Below are positions 45,586-59,702 of a stretch of DNA of 64,000 nucleotides, in pieces. How positions within the stretch are numbered: the first letter of the stretch is position 1; every line of letters begins with the position of its first letter. Source of the DNA: an uncultured Trueperaceae bacterium (GTDB taxonomy: Bacteria > Deinococcota > Deinococci > Deinococcales > Trueperaceae). The position numbers and the translations under genes are program-made. Where the stretch lies: NCBI GenBank assembly GCA_963815215.1, contig CAWFFU010000011.1, positions 352,001 to 416,000 on the forward strand, given 5' to 3'. The notes beneath the pieces are model-generated. The model had not been told where the DNA came from, did no database searches, and saw only the letters and a list, made by a program, of their open reading frames with translations.

Positions 45586-46008
45586 ATGCCCGTCTCCGTT
45601 CACCGCGTCCGCTACTACTACGCGACCGTCGAGGAGGTTCCCGGCCAGACCTATGCCCTCCTCTCCCAGCTCGCCGCCTGCGGCGTCGACCTGCTGGCCT
45701 TCACGGCCGCCCCCGTCGGGCCGAAGCACGTACAGTGGTCGCTGTTCCCCGCCCACGTGCAAGAGTTCGAGGACGTCGCGCACGACATCGGACTCCCCAT
45801 CTTCGCGGTCCAGGACGCCCTCCTGGTCCAGGGCGACGACCGCCTGGGAGCACTCGCCGACCTGCATGAGCGCCTCAGCCGGGCGAGTGTCGAGGTCTAC
45901 GCCACCAGCGGCGTGACCGCCGGCGGCGAACGCTTCGGCTACGTCATCTACGTCAAGCCCGACGAGATCGACCGGGCATCGCAGGCGCTGGGGGCGCAGC
46001 CGACCTGA
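45586..46008 (+). CDS. ACT-domain-like hypothetical protein
   Basis: GAGGAGG SD; two ACT-like units (EEVPGQ…LSQLA, DDRLGALADL). Confidence 0.65.
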   Translation: MPVSVHRVRYYYATVEEVPGQTYALLSQLAACGVDLLAFTAAPVGPKHVQWSLFPAHVQEFEDVAHDIGLPIFAVQDALLVQGDDRLGALADLHERLSRASVEVYATSGVTAGGERFGYVIYVKPDEIDRASQALGAQPT

Positions 46009-46132
46009 GCCCGCATGGACCGCTCCAAACCCGCCACCGAAGGGGCGTCGGCGTCCGCTCGGACCCCGCGCCGCGACCGATCCCCAACCAGCGGATTGCG
46101 CTGCAGACGCAACCTTTGCCGTTTCGTCTTCG

Positions 46133-46162
46133 TTGACAAGGCCCGCGGCCAACCCTTAGACT
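46133..46162 (+). promoter_or_regulatory. sigma70 promoter of tRNA-Ala
   Basis: TTGACA-18 nt-TAGACT. Confidence 0.8.
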
Positions 46163-46173
46163 ACAGGTCGCTT

Positions 46174-46250
<77 letters not shown>

Positions 46251-46264
46251 GCAACCTCGGGACA

Positions 46265-46292
46265 GGGGCGCGACCGACTTGGGTCGCGCCCC
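46265..46292 (+). terminator. Terminator-like hairpin after tRNA-Ala
   Basis: GGGGCGCGACC-gacttg-GGTCGCGCCCC. Confidence 0.65.
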
Positions 46293-46327
46293 GCTTCCGT
46301 GGTGCCCGCACGCGGAAGGGTGAGACG

Positions 46328-46741
46328 ATGAGCTTCGACGCTCTGTACGATGACCAGGCGTGGGCGCTGGTGTTCGGCCCCGTCGGTGCCGGACCGTTCG
46401 AGGACTGGCGACGGCCCTACCACGTGTTCGTCATCGCCGCCCTGCAGGATCCCGCCCGATGGACCGACCTGATCGGCCGGCAGCCGCGGTTCGCCCCCGC
46501 CCTCGCCTATGGCTTCCGGCGCGCTCTGCTGGAGGTGGGAGGCGAGAAGCTCCCGTTCATGCTGGAGGCGGACGACCCGCAGCGTGCCCTGGCCGGCACC
46601 GTCTTCCTGGGCCTGGACGCCGACGAGCTGGCGCGCGTGGACGCCTTCGAACGGGCCGGCGACCACCGGCGTCGCATCGAGCTGGAAGTTGCGGTCGGGA
46701 AACGTCGTGTCGACGCCATGAGCTACGTCAAGCACGGCTGA
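46328..46741 (+). CDS. Gamma-glutamylcyclotransferase-like protein
   Basis: GTVFLGLDADELARVDAFE, RRIELEV…AMSYV. Confidence 0.6.
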   Translation: MSFDALYDDQAWALVFGPVGAGPFEDWRRPYHVFVIAALQDPARWTDLIGRQPRFAPALAYGFRRALLEVGGEKLPFMLEADDPQRALAGTVFLGLDADELARVDAFERAGDHRRRIELEVAVGKRRVDAMSYVKHG

Positions 46742-46754
46742 CGGGCGCGGCTCC

Positions 46755-47561
46755 TCATCCCAACGCCACATCGAGGGCGAGCATCACCACCACGCCTGCC
46801 ATGGTGCCGAGGGTGGCCGCTCGCTCGCTCCCACGGGTGTGGGTCTCCGGGATGATCTCGTCGCTGATCACGTAGAGCATCCCGCCGGCGGCGAAGCCCA
46901 TGGCGTAGGGCAGCAGCGGGCCGATCCAGGACACCGCCCAGGCGCCGGCGACGGCGAGCGGGACCTCCACCAGCCCCGCCCGGATGCCGGTGAAGGCGGC
47001 GTACCACAGGCTCCCCATGCCGGCGTTGCGGGCCGCCACCGACACCGCCAGACCCTCCGGGATGTTCTGGATGCCGATCGCCAACATCAGCGCCACCGCG
47101 TCGTTCAGCGCGCCGGTGCCGAAGCCGACGCCTACGGCCAGTCCCTCCGGCATGTTGTGGAGGGTGATGGCGACGATGAACAGGATGACCCCGGCCACGC
47201 TCCGGGAGCCGCCGGCGGCGGCGTCCGGGCGCACCCGTCCGGTGACGAGCACGTGAACGTGAGGTACCCAGGCATCGGCCCGGTCGAGCATGAACACCCC
47301 CAGCACGATCCCGACGAGGACGGGCAGCAGCCCGCCCCGCTCGATGCCCGGCAGGATGAGGCTGGTGAAGCTCGCGGCCAGCATCACGCCGGCGGCGAAG
47401 CCGAGCGCGGTGTCGAGCGCGCGGCGGCTGGGCCGACGCCAGAACAGGATGGCCAGCGCCCCCACCAGGTTCAGGAAGGTGATCACCAGGCCCCCCGCCA
47501 ACCCCTGCAAGACGGGGTTCGGCCCGGCGATGCGAACGAAGAGGTCGACCAGACTCGGCAC
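46755..47561 (-). CDS. ZIP family metal transporter (ZupT/GufA-like)
   Basis: GFAAGVML, LHNMPEGLAVG, IQNIPEGLAV, DEIIPETH. Confidence 0.95.
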   Translation of the reverse strand: MPSLVDLFVRIAGPNPVLQGLAGGLVITFLNLVGALAILFWRRPSRRALDTALGFAAGVMLAASFTSLILPGIERGGLLPVLVGIVLGVFMLDRADAWVPHVHVLVTGRVRPDAAAGGSRSVAGVILFIVAITLHNMPEGLAVGVGFGTGALNDAVALMLAIGIQNIPEGLAVSVAARNAGMGSLWYAAFTGIRAGLVEVPLAVAGAWAVSWIGPLLPYAMGFAAGGMLYVISDEIIPETHTRGSERAATLGTMAGVVVMLALDVALG

Positions 47562-47821
47562 AGGACACCCCGCCACCAGGATAGTCAGCGCCGGCAGGGT
47601 CGTCCCGCTTCACCGCACAGACGGTCGCAAACGTCGACGGCACACGGTCGCCCTCCATCCTCGAGTCCGAGGATCCACAGCGTGCCCCGCTCAGGACCCT
47701 CTACCTGAGGCTGAGCGCGGCGGAACTCGGGCTCGTGGAGGCCGTGATGCTCGCCGGCGACTTTTCGGCGCCGTATCGAGCTGGAAGTCGCTGTCGGCGA
47801 GCGGCGCGTCGCCGCCATCGG

Positions 47822-48784
47822 CTACGTCCGCCGCGGGCTGCCGCCTTCGGGTCGCTCGTACCAGCTGCGCCAGATCCACCGATAGAGCGGTATCCAGCGC
47901 GGAACTCGGTTGATGAGCGGTACGAAGGGCGCGAACAGCGGCAGCAGCACCAGCGCCAACAGGACGATGAGCACGACCAGCAGATCACCATTGGGCGACG
48001 TCGCCATGGGCGGCACCTGGTACAGGAAGGTGTAGGGCCAGAGCCACCAGGCGCCCGGATAGGGTCCGGTCTCGTGACTGATCCCCCAGGTCTCGCCCAG
48101 CATGTTCAAGGACTTCGCGACCGAGTGATCCACCGCGCCCTGGAAGAACAGCAGCGCCCGAGTGGTGTCGAGCACGAACGGCTGGCGAGGTCCGGCCTCG
48201 AGCGCCCCGGTCAGCAAGCCCGACCGGCCGAGCCGCAACATGCCGTCCATCAGAGCCGGCACCGGCCCGTAGTCACCGGCAGGCAGGCTCACCTGGCTTC
48301 CCTTCACGACCGCGTTGTCGAGTGCCGTCAGGTAGGCGCCAGCCCAGGACTGCTGCTCCGCCGGGGTCGCCGAGCGGAACCGAGCGAGTGGGGCCGCCAG
48401 GCTCGGGTCGAGCTGGGCCGCCCGCTGCAGCGGCGCGAGCACCAGGTCTTCGGCCGCCCGGATGGGATGGGTCGCGCCGAACCACGCGGCGGGCGCCACC
48501 CCGAGCACGCGCTGGGCATCACCGGTCGTGGCCGTGTAGGGAGGACCGTAGTGCTGCAGATCGCTGGTCCCCGCCAGGAAGCCGGCGGCGGTCCGGAGCA
48601 GGGCCACGGGCTGGTCGCGAGCCACATCTTGCGCTCGTACGGTGGGGTAGTCGGGGGATCCGAAGAGAGCTGCCAGGACCACCACCAGCGCGACCACCAG
48701 GAGCAGCACGACGATGCCCTCCAGCACGAGGTCGTAGGGCTTGGTGGGCACGCCACGCAGCGTCTGCTCGGAGCGCACGCTCAT
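47822..48784 (-). CDS. Membrane protein coupled to the cytochrome b gene
   Basis: KPYDLVLE N-terminus, terminal TM helices, YPGAWWLWPYTFLYQ. 4-nt overlap with the cyt b gene. Confidence 0.75.
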   Translation of the reverse strand: MSVRSEQTLRGVPTKPYDLVLEGIVVLLLVVALVVVLAALFGSPDYPTVRAQDVARDQPVALLRTAAGFLAGTSDLQHYGPPYTATTGDAQRVLGVAPAAWFGATHPIRAAEDLVLAPLQRAAQLDPSLAAPLARFRSATPAEQQSWAGAYLTALDNAVVKGSQVSLPAGDYGPVPALMDGMLRLGRSGLLTGALEAGPRQPFVLDTTRALLFFQGAVDHSVAKSLNMLGETWGISHETGPYPGAWWLWPYTFLYQVPPMATSPNGDLLVVLIVLLALVLLPLFAPFVPLINRVPRWIPLYRWIWRSWYERPEGGSPRRT

Positions 48785-49395
48785 CGTCCACCGTCCATCG
48801 CGTCGCCGGAGCGCGGAAGCGGGTGCACCGGCCCGTCACGGCGGATGAGGAACAGGTGGACGCCGACCAGACCCACGATCACGAGCGGTAGCACCACGAC
48901 GTGCAAGGTGAGGACCTGGCCCAGATTCATGGGGTTGAAGATGCTCCCGCCGCCTACGGCGTTGATGGCGTCCTTGGACTGGACCGCGATCCACTGTGAG
49001 TCGAAGTTGGTCTGCGCCAGGTAGCCGGTCAAGCCTGCGAACAGCGCCACGAAGAAGGCGACCATGCCGACCGCCCAGGTCGGCCAGCGCCCGTCCCGCC
49101 AGGCCGCCATGAAGAACTTGGTGGCCATGTGCAGCACCAGCGAGGCGAAGAAGACCTGCACGCCCCAGAAGTGGAGCGAGTTGACGAAGCGTCCGACGGG
49201 GCGATGGTGATACCAGTCGGGCCCGAAGACCGTCAGCACCACGCCGGTGGCAACGAGCTCGACCAGCGCCATCAGCGTTGCCGCACCGAAGAGGTAGGCC
49301 ACCGAATCGACGTAGACCGGCATCCGGGTCGGCAGGGCGTCCTCCAGCGTGAGGTTGCGCTGCAGCGTGCGCTGGAGCCGGCGAGTGAGGTTCAC
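48781..49395 (-). CDS. Cytochrome b/b6 N-terminal domain protein
   Basis: SLHFWG…VLHM and TLHV…VHL (four heme His), W..G…GLTGYL. GTG start overlaps the upstream stop. Confidence 0.9.
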   Translation of the reverse strand: MNLTRRLQRTLQRNLTLEDALPTRMPVYVDSVAYLFGAATLMALVELVATGVVLTVFGPDWYHHRPVGRFVNSLHFWGVQVFFASLVLHMATKFFMAAWRDGRWPTWAVGMVAFFVALFAGLTGYLAQTNFDSQWIAVQSKDAINAVGGGSIFNPMNLGQVLTLHVVVLPLVIVGLVGVHLFLIRRDGPVHPLPRSGDAMDGGR

Positions 49396-49565
49396 GGCTC
49401 GCCCTCCTCGGTGGCCTCGAGCCATCTGGGGAGACGCAGCCAGGCCGCTGCCAGCAGGGCGATATCGACCAGGCCCCACGCCACCAGGTTGGGCAAGGCG
49501 AAGTCGAAGATTCCGAACACCACGTGTGGCACGGCTGAAAGGAGCTGGCTGGGAAGGGCTTCCAT
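49392..49565 (-). CDS. Small membrane protein (57 aa)
   Basis: AAGGAGGT SD; MEALPSQLL…PNLVAWGLVDIALLAAAWLRLP. Coupled to the cyt b gene. Confidence 0.7.
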   Translation of the reverse strand: MEALPSQLLSAVPHVVFGIFDFALPNLVAWGLVDIALLAAAWLRLPRWLEATEEGEP

Positions 49566-49749
49566 GCGCATACCTCCTTGAGGCTGCAACGCGGCGGAGC
49601 CCGGCTCCGGACGTCGACCCCCACCGCGATAAGGCTAGGCCCGCCACCCCTATGAACGATGAGGGCACGGTGACTCTTGCGAACGTTGGAACAGATGGGC
49701 CCGGCATACCGCTGCCCCTGCCCCTCACGGACGGTAGGATTGGTCCGCT

Positions 49750-50514
49750 GTGGCGCTGCTCCTGGGTCTGTTCCTGTCTGGCACCGCGGCCGGCGCGCTC
49801 GGGGGGCTGCTCGGTCTGGGCGGCGGCATCTTCCTGGTGCCGGTGCTGACGCTGCTGTTCGACCTGCCCGTGCGTGTTGCCGTCGGCACCAGCCTGGTAT
49901 GCGTGATCGCCACCTCGGCAGGGGTGGCCGCGCTTTCGACCGAGGGCGGCGGCGCCGACGTGCCCCTGGCGTTGCGCCTGGAGATCGCGACCGCCGCGGG
50001 CGCCGTGCTCGGCGGCGTGGCGGGCGCCTTCATCCCGGCGCGCGTGCTCAGCCTGGTCTTCGCGGCGGTGGTGTTCGGGAGCGCCGGCTACACCCTCTCC
50101 AAAGCCCGCGGGCACGGGGCCGACGAGGCGATGTTCCGACGCGACTACCGCCCGCGGCGCTGGACGCTCGGGTACGCGGTCGCCAGCCTCGCCGGCATGG
50201 TGTCGGGGCTTCTGGGTGTCGGCGGCGGGTTCATCAAGGTACCGACGATGTACGCGATCATGGGCGTTCCGCTCGGCGTGGCGACCGCCACCAGCAACTT
50301 CATGGTCGGCATCACGGCGGCGGCCAGCGTCTTCGTCTACCTCGGTCGCGGCGACGTGCGGCCGACGGTCACGGTGGCGACGGCGGCGGGCGTGTTCCTC
50401 GGTGCGGCGCTGGGCACCGTGCTGCAGGCCCGGCTGCGCGTCTCCTGGCTGCGCTGGGCCCTGGTGGTGCTGATGGTGGGGATCGGCGTGCAGATGCTCT
50501 GGAAGGGGTTCTGA
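49750..50514 (+). CDS. TauE/SafE (TSUP) family transporter
   Basis: GLLGLGGGIFLVP, GLLGVGGGFIKVP, ATATSNFM. Confidence 0.92.
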   Translation: MALLLGLFLSGTAAGALGGLLGLGGGIFLVPVLTLLFDLPVRVAVGTSLVCVIATSAGVAALSTEGGGADVPLALRLEIATAAGAVLGGVAGAFIPARVLSLVFAAVVFGSAGYTLSKARGHGADEAMFRRDYRPRRWTLGYAVASLAGMVSGLLGVGGGFIKVPTMYAIMGVPLGVATATSNFMVGITAAASVFVYLGRGDVRPTVTVATAAGVFLGAALGTVLQARLRVSWLRWALVVLMVGIGVQMLWKGF

Positions 50515-50515
50515 G

Positions 50516-50851
50516 ATGGAGCCCGAGCCGCGCACGCGGGCCGATCCACAGGGCATGGACCGGGCGATGCGGCGCGTCGCGCAGGGCCTGTCGGCCTTCG
50601 CGTTGGCGCTGATGGCGACCGGCCTGGTGCTGGCGCTGGCCCACGGCGGCGCGTCGGCACCGCTGGCGCTCGACCTCAAGGCGCGCTCGCACCGGCTCAT
50701 GCTGTTCGGCATCGGCGCCCTGGCGGTCCTCCCCGGCGTGCGGGTCCTGGTGGCGATGTCCTACTACACCGCCGCCCGGCGCCTGGCCGAGGCCGTGATC
50801 GCCCTGGTGGTAGTGCTCGAGCTGCTGCTGTCGATGATCACCGGCGGCTGA
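50516..50851 (+). CDS. DUF1634-like membrane protein
   Basis: Three TM segments, GIGALAVLPGVRV. Usual partner of this TSUP subfamily. Confidence 0.65.
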   Translation: MEPEPRTRADPQGMDRAMRRVAQGLSAFALALMATGLVLALAHGGASAPLALDLKARSHRLMLFGIGALAVLPGVRVLVAMSYYTAARRLAEAVIALVVVLELLLSMITGG

Positions 50852-51022
50852 ACCGCGCCGGCTGTCATCGATACCTCCCACACGCCTGTCGGACTTTCCC
50901 CGATGGCACGCTCGCGAGATTCTTCCTAAGCTCGAAGTACCCCGGTAGGAGGCTCACCAGGCGCGTCCGAGGCCTGTCCCGTGCGCGCCGAGCGGACGCA
51001 TGGTCCGCGGGAGGTGGCGCTG

Positions 51023-52806
<1,784 letters not shown>

Positions 52807-52810
<4 letters not shown>

Positions 52811-53820
52811 CCGCCATCGATACCCTCACCCGCGAGCACGGCCACGAGCTGCTGCTCGACATGTTACGGATCCGGCGCATGGAGGAGACGTGCGCCGAGC
52901 TCTACCAGGCCACCAAGATCCGCGGCTTCCTGCACCTGTACATCGGTGAGGAGGCCGTCGCCACCGGCGCCATGCGTGCGCTCAGACCCGAAGACGCGGT
53001 GGTGGCCACCTACCGCGAGCACGGTCACGCATTGATCCGCGGCGTGAGCGCGGAGAAGATCCTGGCCGAGATGTACGGCAAGCAGGAGGGCTGCAGCCGC
53101 GGCCGCGGCGGGTCGATGCACCTGTACGACGCCGACACCCACTTCTACGGCGGCAACGCCATCGTAGGCGGCGGCATCCCGCTGGCCGTCGGCATGGCGC
53201 TGGCCGACAAGCTGCGGGGGCTCCAGCGCGTGAGCGCCTGCTTCTTCGGCGACGGCGCGGTCGCCGAAGGCGAGTTCCACGAGTCGATGAACCTCGCCGC
53301 GGTGTGGGATCTCCCGGTGCTGTTCTGCTGCGAGAACAACCTCTACGGCATGGGTACGGCGATCGAGCGGGTGCAGTCCGAGACCCGGCTGGCGCTCAAG
53401 GCCGCGAGCTACCGCATCCCCGCCTGGGACGTCGACGGCATGGACGTGCTGGCGACCGAGGACACCACCCGGAAGGCCGCGGAGGCGGTGCGCGCCGGCG
53501 GCGGCCCCCACTTCATCGAGTACCGCACCTACCGCTTCCGCGCGCACAGCATGTTCGACCCCGAGCTCTACCGCGACAAGGAGGAGGTCGCGAGCTGGAA
53601 GGAGCGCGACCCCATCGCGCTGTTCCGTGACCGCCTGCGGGCCGCGGAGCTGCTCACCGACGAGGAGGACGGTCGGCTCGAGGCCTTCGCCGCCGAGGAG
53701 ATCGCGGCCGCGGTCGCGTTCGCCGAAGCCGGCACCTGGGAGCCGCTCGAAGACCTCGAGCGCTTCGTCTACAGCGAGCCCGGCACCGCCCAGGACCTCC
53801 GAAGGGAGATGGCATCGTGA
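52807..53820 (+). CDS. pdhA: Pyruvate dehydrogenase-like E1 alpha
   Basis: [23 protein letters not shown]…ENN TPP motif, YRFRAHS. Confidence 0.93.
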
Positions 53821-54840
53821 CCGTCGCGACCCCCGCACGGCCCCCGGCCGCACCCGCGGCCGAGCCGCGCACCACGACCTACCGCGAGGCGATCCGCGAA
53901 GCCATACGGACGGCCATGCACGCCGACGAGCGGGTGTTCCTGATGGGCGAGGACGTGGGCCGCTACGGCGGCTGTTACGCCGTCAGCATGGGCCTGCTCG
54001 AGGAGTTCGGCGAGGATCGCATCCGCGACACTCCGCTCTCCGAGTCGGCCTTCGTGGGGGCCGGCATCGGCGCCGCCATGGTTGGCATGCGCCCCATCGT
54101 CGAGGTCATGACGGTGAACTTCAGCCTGCTCGCGCTCGACCAGATCATGAACACCGCCGCCACGGTGCTGCACATGTCGGGCGGCCTGTTCAACGTGCCG
54201 CTGGTCATCCGCATGGCCACCGGCGGCGGCCGGCAGCTCGGCGCCCAGCACTCCCACAGCCTGGAGGGGTGGTACGCCCACATCCCCGGCATCCGGGTGC
54301 TCGTGCCCGGCACGGTGGAGGACGCCGGAGGCATGCTGGCGCCGGCGCTGGCCGACCCCGACCCGGTGCTGCTGTTCGAGAACGCCCTGCTCTACAACAG
54401 TGAGGGCCCCGCGCCCGACCCGACGCACCCGGTCGACATCGCCCACGCGGTGGTGCGCCGGCCCGGCGCCGACGTCAGCCTGCTGACCTACGGCGGCTCG
54501 CTCCACAAGACGCTGGAGGCCGCCGACGCGCTCGAGCAGGAAGGCATCTCCGCGGAAGTGGTCGATCTACGGGTGTTGAGGCCGCTCGACACCGACACGC
54601 TGCTCGCCTCGGTGGCGCACACGCACCGCGTCGTGGTGGTGGACGAGGGATGGCGCAGTGGCGGCATCGCCGCCGAGATCCTCGCCCGCATCGCCGAGAA
54701 GGGCCTGTACGACCTCGACGCGCCCCCCGAACGCGTGTGCAGCGCCGAAGTGCCCCTCCCCTACGCCAAGCACATGGAGGAGGCCGCGCTGCCGAACGCC
54801 GCCCGCATCGTGGCCGCGGCCCGGAAGGTGGTGGGCGTAG

Positions 54841-54848
<8 letters not shown>
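53817..54848 (+). CDS. pdhB: Pyruvate dehydrogenase-like E1 beta
   Basis: [28 protein letters not shown]. Confidence 0.93.
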
Positions 54849-56391
<1,543 letters not shown>

Positions 56392-56395
<4 letters not shown>

Positions 56396-56658
56396 CCATG
56401 AAGGCACCCATCGTCGACGAGACCGAGATCCGCGCCACCGTCCTCGAGCTGCTGGGCCAGGTCGCGCCCGAGACCGACCCCGGCGCCATCGATGCGGACG
56501 CCAGCATCCAGGAGCAGCTCGACATCGACTCGATCGACTTCCTGAACTTCATCATGAGCGTGAACGAGAGGACCGGGATCGAGATCCCTGAGCGCGACTA
56601 CACCAAGGTCGCCACGCTGAACGACTGCGTGCGTTACCTGGCGGCGAAGGCGAGCTGA
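56392..56658 (+). CDS. Acyl carrier protein
   Basis: LDIDSIDF phosphopantetheine Ser motif, GIEIPERDY..VATL. Confidence 0.9.
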
Positions 56659-56712
56659 CGGCCAGGCAACGTTCCCAGTGAGTCGGCGCCCTTCCCCGGA
56701 GCGTCGAGAGGT

Positions 56713-56748
56713 GGCGTGACGAGGCGACAGCAACGTCCTCGTCACGCC
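56713..56748 (+). terminator. Hairpin after the acs-pdh-acp operon
   Basis: GGCGTGACGAGG-N12-CCTCGTCACGCC followed by TCTTCC. Confidence 0.55.
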
Positions 56749-56878
56749 TCTTCCTGTGCTCGTCGAGCGGAGCGCGGTCGCGCCCGACCCGGGCCTCGCC
56801 GCCCCGTGCGCTACGATGCAGCGCACTCTAGCCCGGTGTCCCACCACGCACCGGAACAACTGAACCACGACCCCTCGG

Positions 56879-56908
56879 TTGACGGCCCGGGGCGGCAGGA
56901 ATTAGACT
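56879..56908 (+). promoter_or_regulatory. sigma70 promoter of tRNA-Lys
   Basis: TTGACG-18 nt-TAGACT. Confidence 0.75.
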
Positions 56909-56925
56909 ATCCGACGCTGACGCTT

Positions 56926-57093
<168 letters not shown>

Positions 57094-57406
57094 GCGCTGC
57101 ACTCCGTGCCGTCACGAACCCGAAGACCTCAAGGCGCCATCTCCCTGGGCCGACGCGGGCCACCGGAACGGGTCTCGTGGGGAGGTATTGCGAGGATGAC
57201 ATCTGGCGGTCGCAAGGCGGTAGCCCACGTGGCGAACGCCTGCGTCTTGCCCACGACGCTACCGAACCACAAGCACAGGAATGCCCACGAAAGGGGAGCA
57301 TCCAGTACCGCTCTCGGCTTGGCGTGTCGCCAGAGGGATGCCTGCGCGCTCCGCCTCGTTGGTGGGTTAGAGTGCGAACCGAACACACGTTTCGAAAGGG
57401 GTTGCG

Positions 57407-58609
57407 ATGCGTCGAGGTCGCGTTGTTGTTCTGTCAGCACTTGCCTTGGGTCTGGTGGTGGTGTTGGCTGCCTGCAATTCCACGCCTTCGGTGGGGAACC
57501 TGAAGATTGCGGTTGGTGGCTTGCCGAGCGGGGTGAATGCCGCGGTGAAGGTCACCAGTGGTAGCTACTCGAAGACTGTGATGGCCACCACCACGCTGTC
57601 CGGGCTGGTGCCTGGGACCTACAACATCGCACCGCAAGCTGTCACCTTGCGCCGCAACGCCTTCGACGGCACCGCGTCCAAGGCAACCGTGACGGTTTCG
57701 GCGGGCGGCATCGCCAGCGACTCGGTGAGTTACGCCGTGCAGCCCGGTAACCTGTGGCTCGCGAACGATACTGGCGGCTCGGTGGTGGAGTACCTAGCGG
57801 CCTCGCTCTCCAGCACCCCTACGACCGGCACGTCGATCACCGGGCTGAGTGGACCGGCGAACGTCGCTTTCGACGCCAGCGGCAACATGTGGGTCGTCGC
57901 TAGCAATGGTGGCTCGGTGGTGGAGTACCTGGCGGCGTCGCTGTCCGGCACCCCTCAAACGGGTACCAGCATCACCGGGCTCAACACTCCGTACGGCATC
58001 GCGTTCGATCATGGCGGCAACCTGTGGATCGGAAGCATCATCGGCGGCTCGGTGACGGAGTACGTGGCTTCGTCGCTGTCCGGTTCGCCCACGACGGGCA
58101 CCACCATCTCCGGTCTCGCCCATCCCTATGGCATCGCCTTCGATAGCAACGGCAACCTGTGGGTCGCGAGCAGCGCCTCAGGAACCGCCGGTGCCGGTTC
58201 GGTGGAGGAGTACACGGCCTCGTCGCTGTCCGGCACGCCCACGACGGGCACCACGATCAGCGGCCTAGACTTCCCAGTGGACGTCACGTTCGACGGTAGC
58301 GGCAACGCATGGGTCTCGCTGGTCAACTCGACCGCTGGTGCCGGTACGGTGGTCGAGTACAAAGCCTCGTCGCTATCCGGCACGCCCACGATCGGAACCA
58401 CCATCACGGGGCTCTCCGAACCCATCGGTGTGGCGTTCGATAGCAGTGGGAACCTGTGGGTGCCGGACTTGTCGGCCAATACGGTTACGGAGTACCTGGC
58501 TTCGTCGCTGTCCGGCACGCCCACGACGGGCACGTCGATTACCGGTCTGAGTAGCCCGGCCGGCGTGGCGTTCGATCCGCCGCCGTACAACCTGCCGCTG
58601 TCGCACTGA
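57407..58609 (+). CDS. Lipoprotein with an Ig-like domain and a six-bladed NHL-repeat beta-propeller
   Basis: Lipobox LAA|C; six ~45-50 aa repeats PxGxAFDxxGNLWV…GSVxEYxASSLSGTPTTGTxIxGL. Confidence 0.88.
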   Translation: MRRGRVVVLSALALGLVVVLAACNSTPSVGNLKIAVGGLPSGVNAAVKVTSGSYSKTVMATTTLSGLVPGTYNIAPQAVTLRRNAFDGTASKATVTVSAGGIASDSVSYAVQPGNLWLANDTGGSVVEYLAASLSSTPTTGTSITGLSGPANVAFDASGNMWVVASNGGSVVEYLAASLSGTPQTGTSITGLNTPYGIAFDHGGNLWIGSIIGGSVTEYVASSLSGSPTTGTTISGLAHPYGIAFDSNGNLWVASSASGTAGAGSVEEYTASSLSGTPTTGTTISGLDFPVDVTFDGSGNAWVSLVNSTAGAGTVVEYKASSLSGTPTIGTTITGLSEPIGVAFDSSGNLWVPDLSANTVTEYLASSLSGTPTTGTSITGLSSPAGVAFDPPPYNLPLSH

Positions 58610-59194
58610 GTCCCAGCTAGGAATCGCTGGCGGCCAGACAAGAACTCAAGTCTGACCGCCAGCCCTTTGTGTCCTGCCCTCGCCCGCCACACATGGACTC
58701 GCTTGGGCATGGTGTTCTTCGGCGCAGCGGCCACGGCGCTGTCCTGTCCAGGCCGACTCGGTCGCTCAGTTTCTGCAATGCGTTGCGAGCGCTGCGGTGT
58801 GCACCACACCTTGGCAGTTGCTTGCGCCTGGACGGCTCGCATGGGATTCGCACGGATCGTGGTTAGGCTCGTCGGGTTGGCAGGGACTTGCCCACTCTCC
58901 CCCAGTTCGGACGAGTCCCCAACCTGGGCGCGCCGGATTGAAGATGCTCCTGTGGAGTGGACAGGTACGAGCCTAGCAACTCACGCCTGAACGCGATCCT
59001 GCCGAACACCGACCCAATCCGGCATCCGGGGTAATAGGAATGGGCCCACAGGAAGCTCATGCACTCGCAGCGCGATCTCAAACGGAGTGCCACGACGCTA
59101 GTGACTCTGGCAGCCCATCACCCGCGGACTACATGCAAACCCAACGAGCGCCATGACGGGAGAACCACGTCCTACACGGCCATCGAAGACCGCC

Positions 59195-59216
59195 TGACAC
59201 CTTGAGTGACACCTTG
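59195..59216 (+). repeat. Paired TGACACCTTG motif (putative integrase arm-type sites)
   Basis: TGACACCTTG-AG-TGACACCTTG with 12-bp period; same motif as at 57072-57093 and 59462-59483. Confidence 0.6.
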
Positions 59217-59349
59217 TCCCGACCCATTCGGCGCGGGTTCGGGCAGCGTGGCGACGATTCCCGCAAGACGACAATCACCGACAATGACGCTGTCGCTCCG
59301 AGTCCCATGTAGTGGCCAATAGTTGGGCCGACCTCTATCCAGGAGGTCA

Positions 59350-59483
59350 CTTGATCAGCGGATTATAGGTTCGAGTCCTATACGACCCACCACCAGAAGA
59401 GCCGCGAGGGACGCGCGATCGAATGTCGCGACCCACGCGGCTCGCTCTTTCGTTGCGCGTTCGACACCTTGGCTGACACCTCA
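59350..59483 (+). repeat. att-like direct repeat, copy 2 (partial tRNA-Lys)
   Basis: cttgatcagcggattataggttcgagtcctatacgacccacca plus hairpin plus gacaccttggctgacacctca. Confidence 0.92.
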
Positions 59484-59702
59484 TGGTCGCCCCACAGAGG
59501 CGAACGATGAGGGCGGCGGCGTCCACAAGACGGAAACAAGGCCACCCGACGGGCCGGCTCTCGCCGCGCAGAGCCACCTGCGGAAGGCGCACCTTCCATC
59601 GAACCCCGTGCGGTTCAGTATGCTGACGGCGTCCGACCGAGTCCCACCGACGCCACCGGACCCGGTGGACCGCGCGCCCGAGGGCGCCGGAGAGGGGACC
59701 GC

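Noticed and set aside
57740..58580. Regularly spaced DNA repeats as CRISPR or DGR template/variable repeats
   Set aside because: They are in-frame NHL propeller blades with synonymous variation; no reverse transcriptase in the window.
58610..59190. Integrase remnant inside the tRNA-Lys unit
   Set aside because: No tyrosine recombinase R-H-R-Y motifs recognisable in the listed frames; only short unsupported ORFs.
59350..59392. Second tRNA-Lys gene
   Set aside because: Only the 3' half is present (no 5' acceptor strand or D-arm); it is an att-type duplication.
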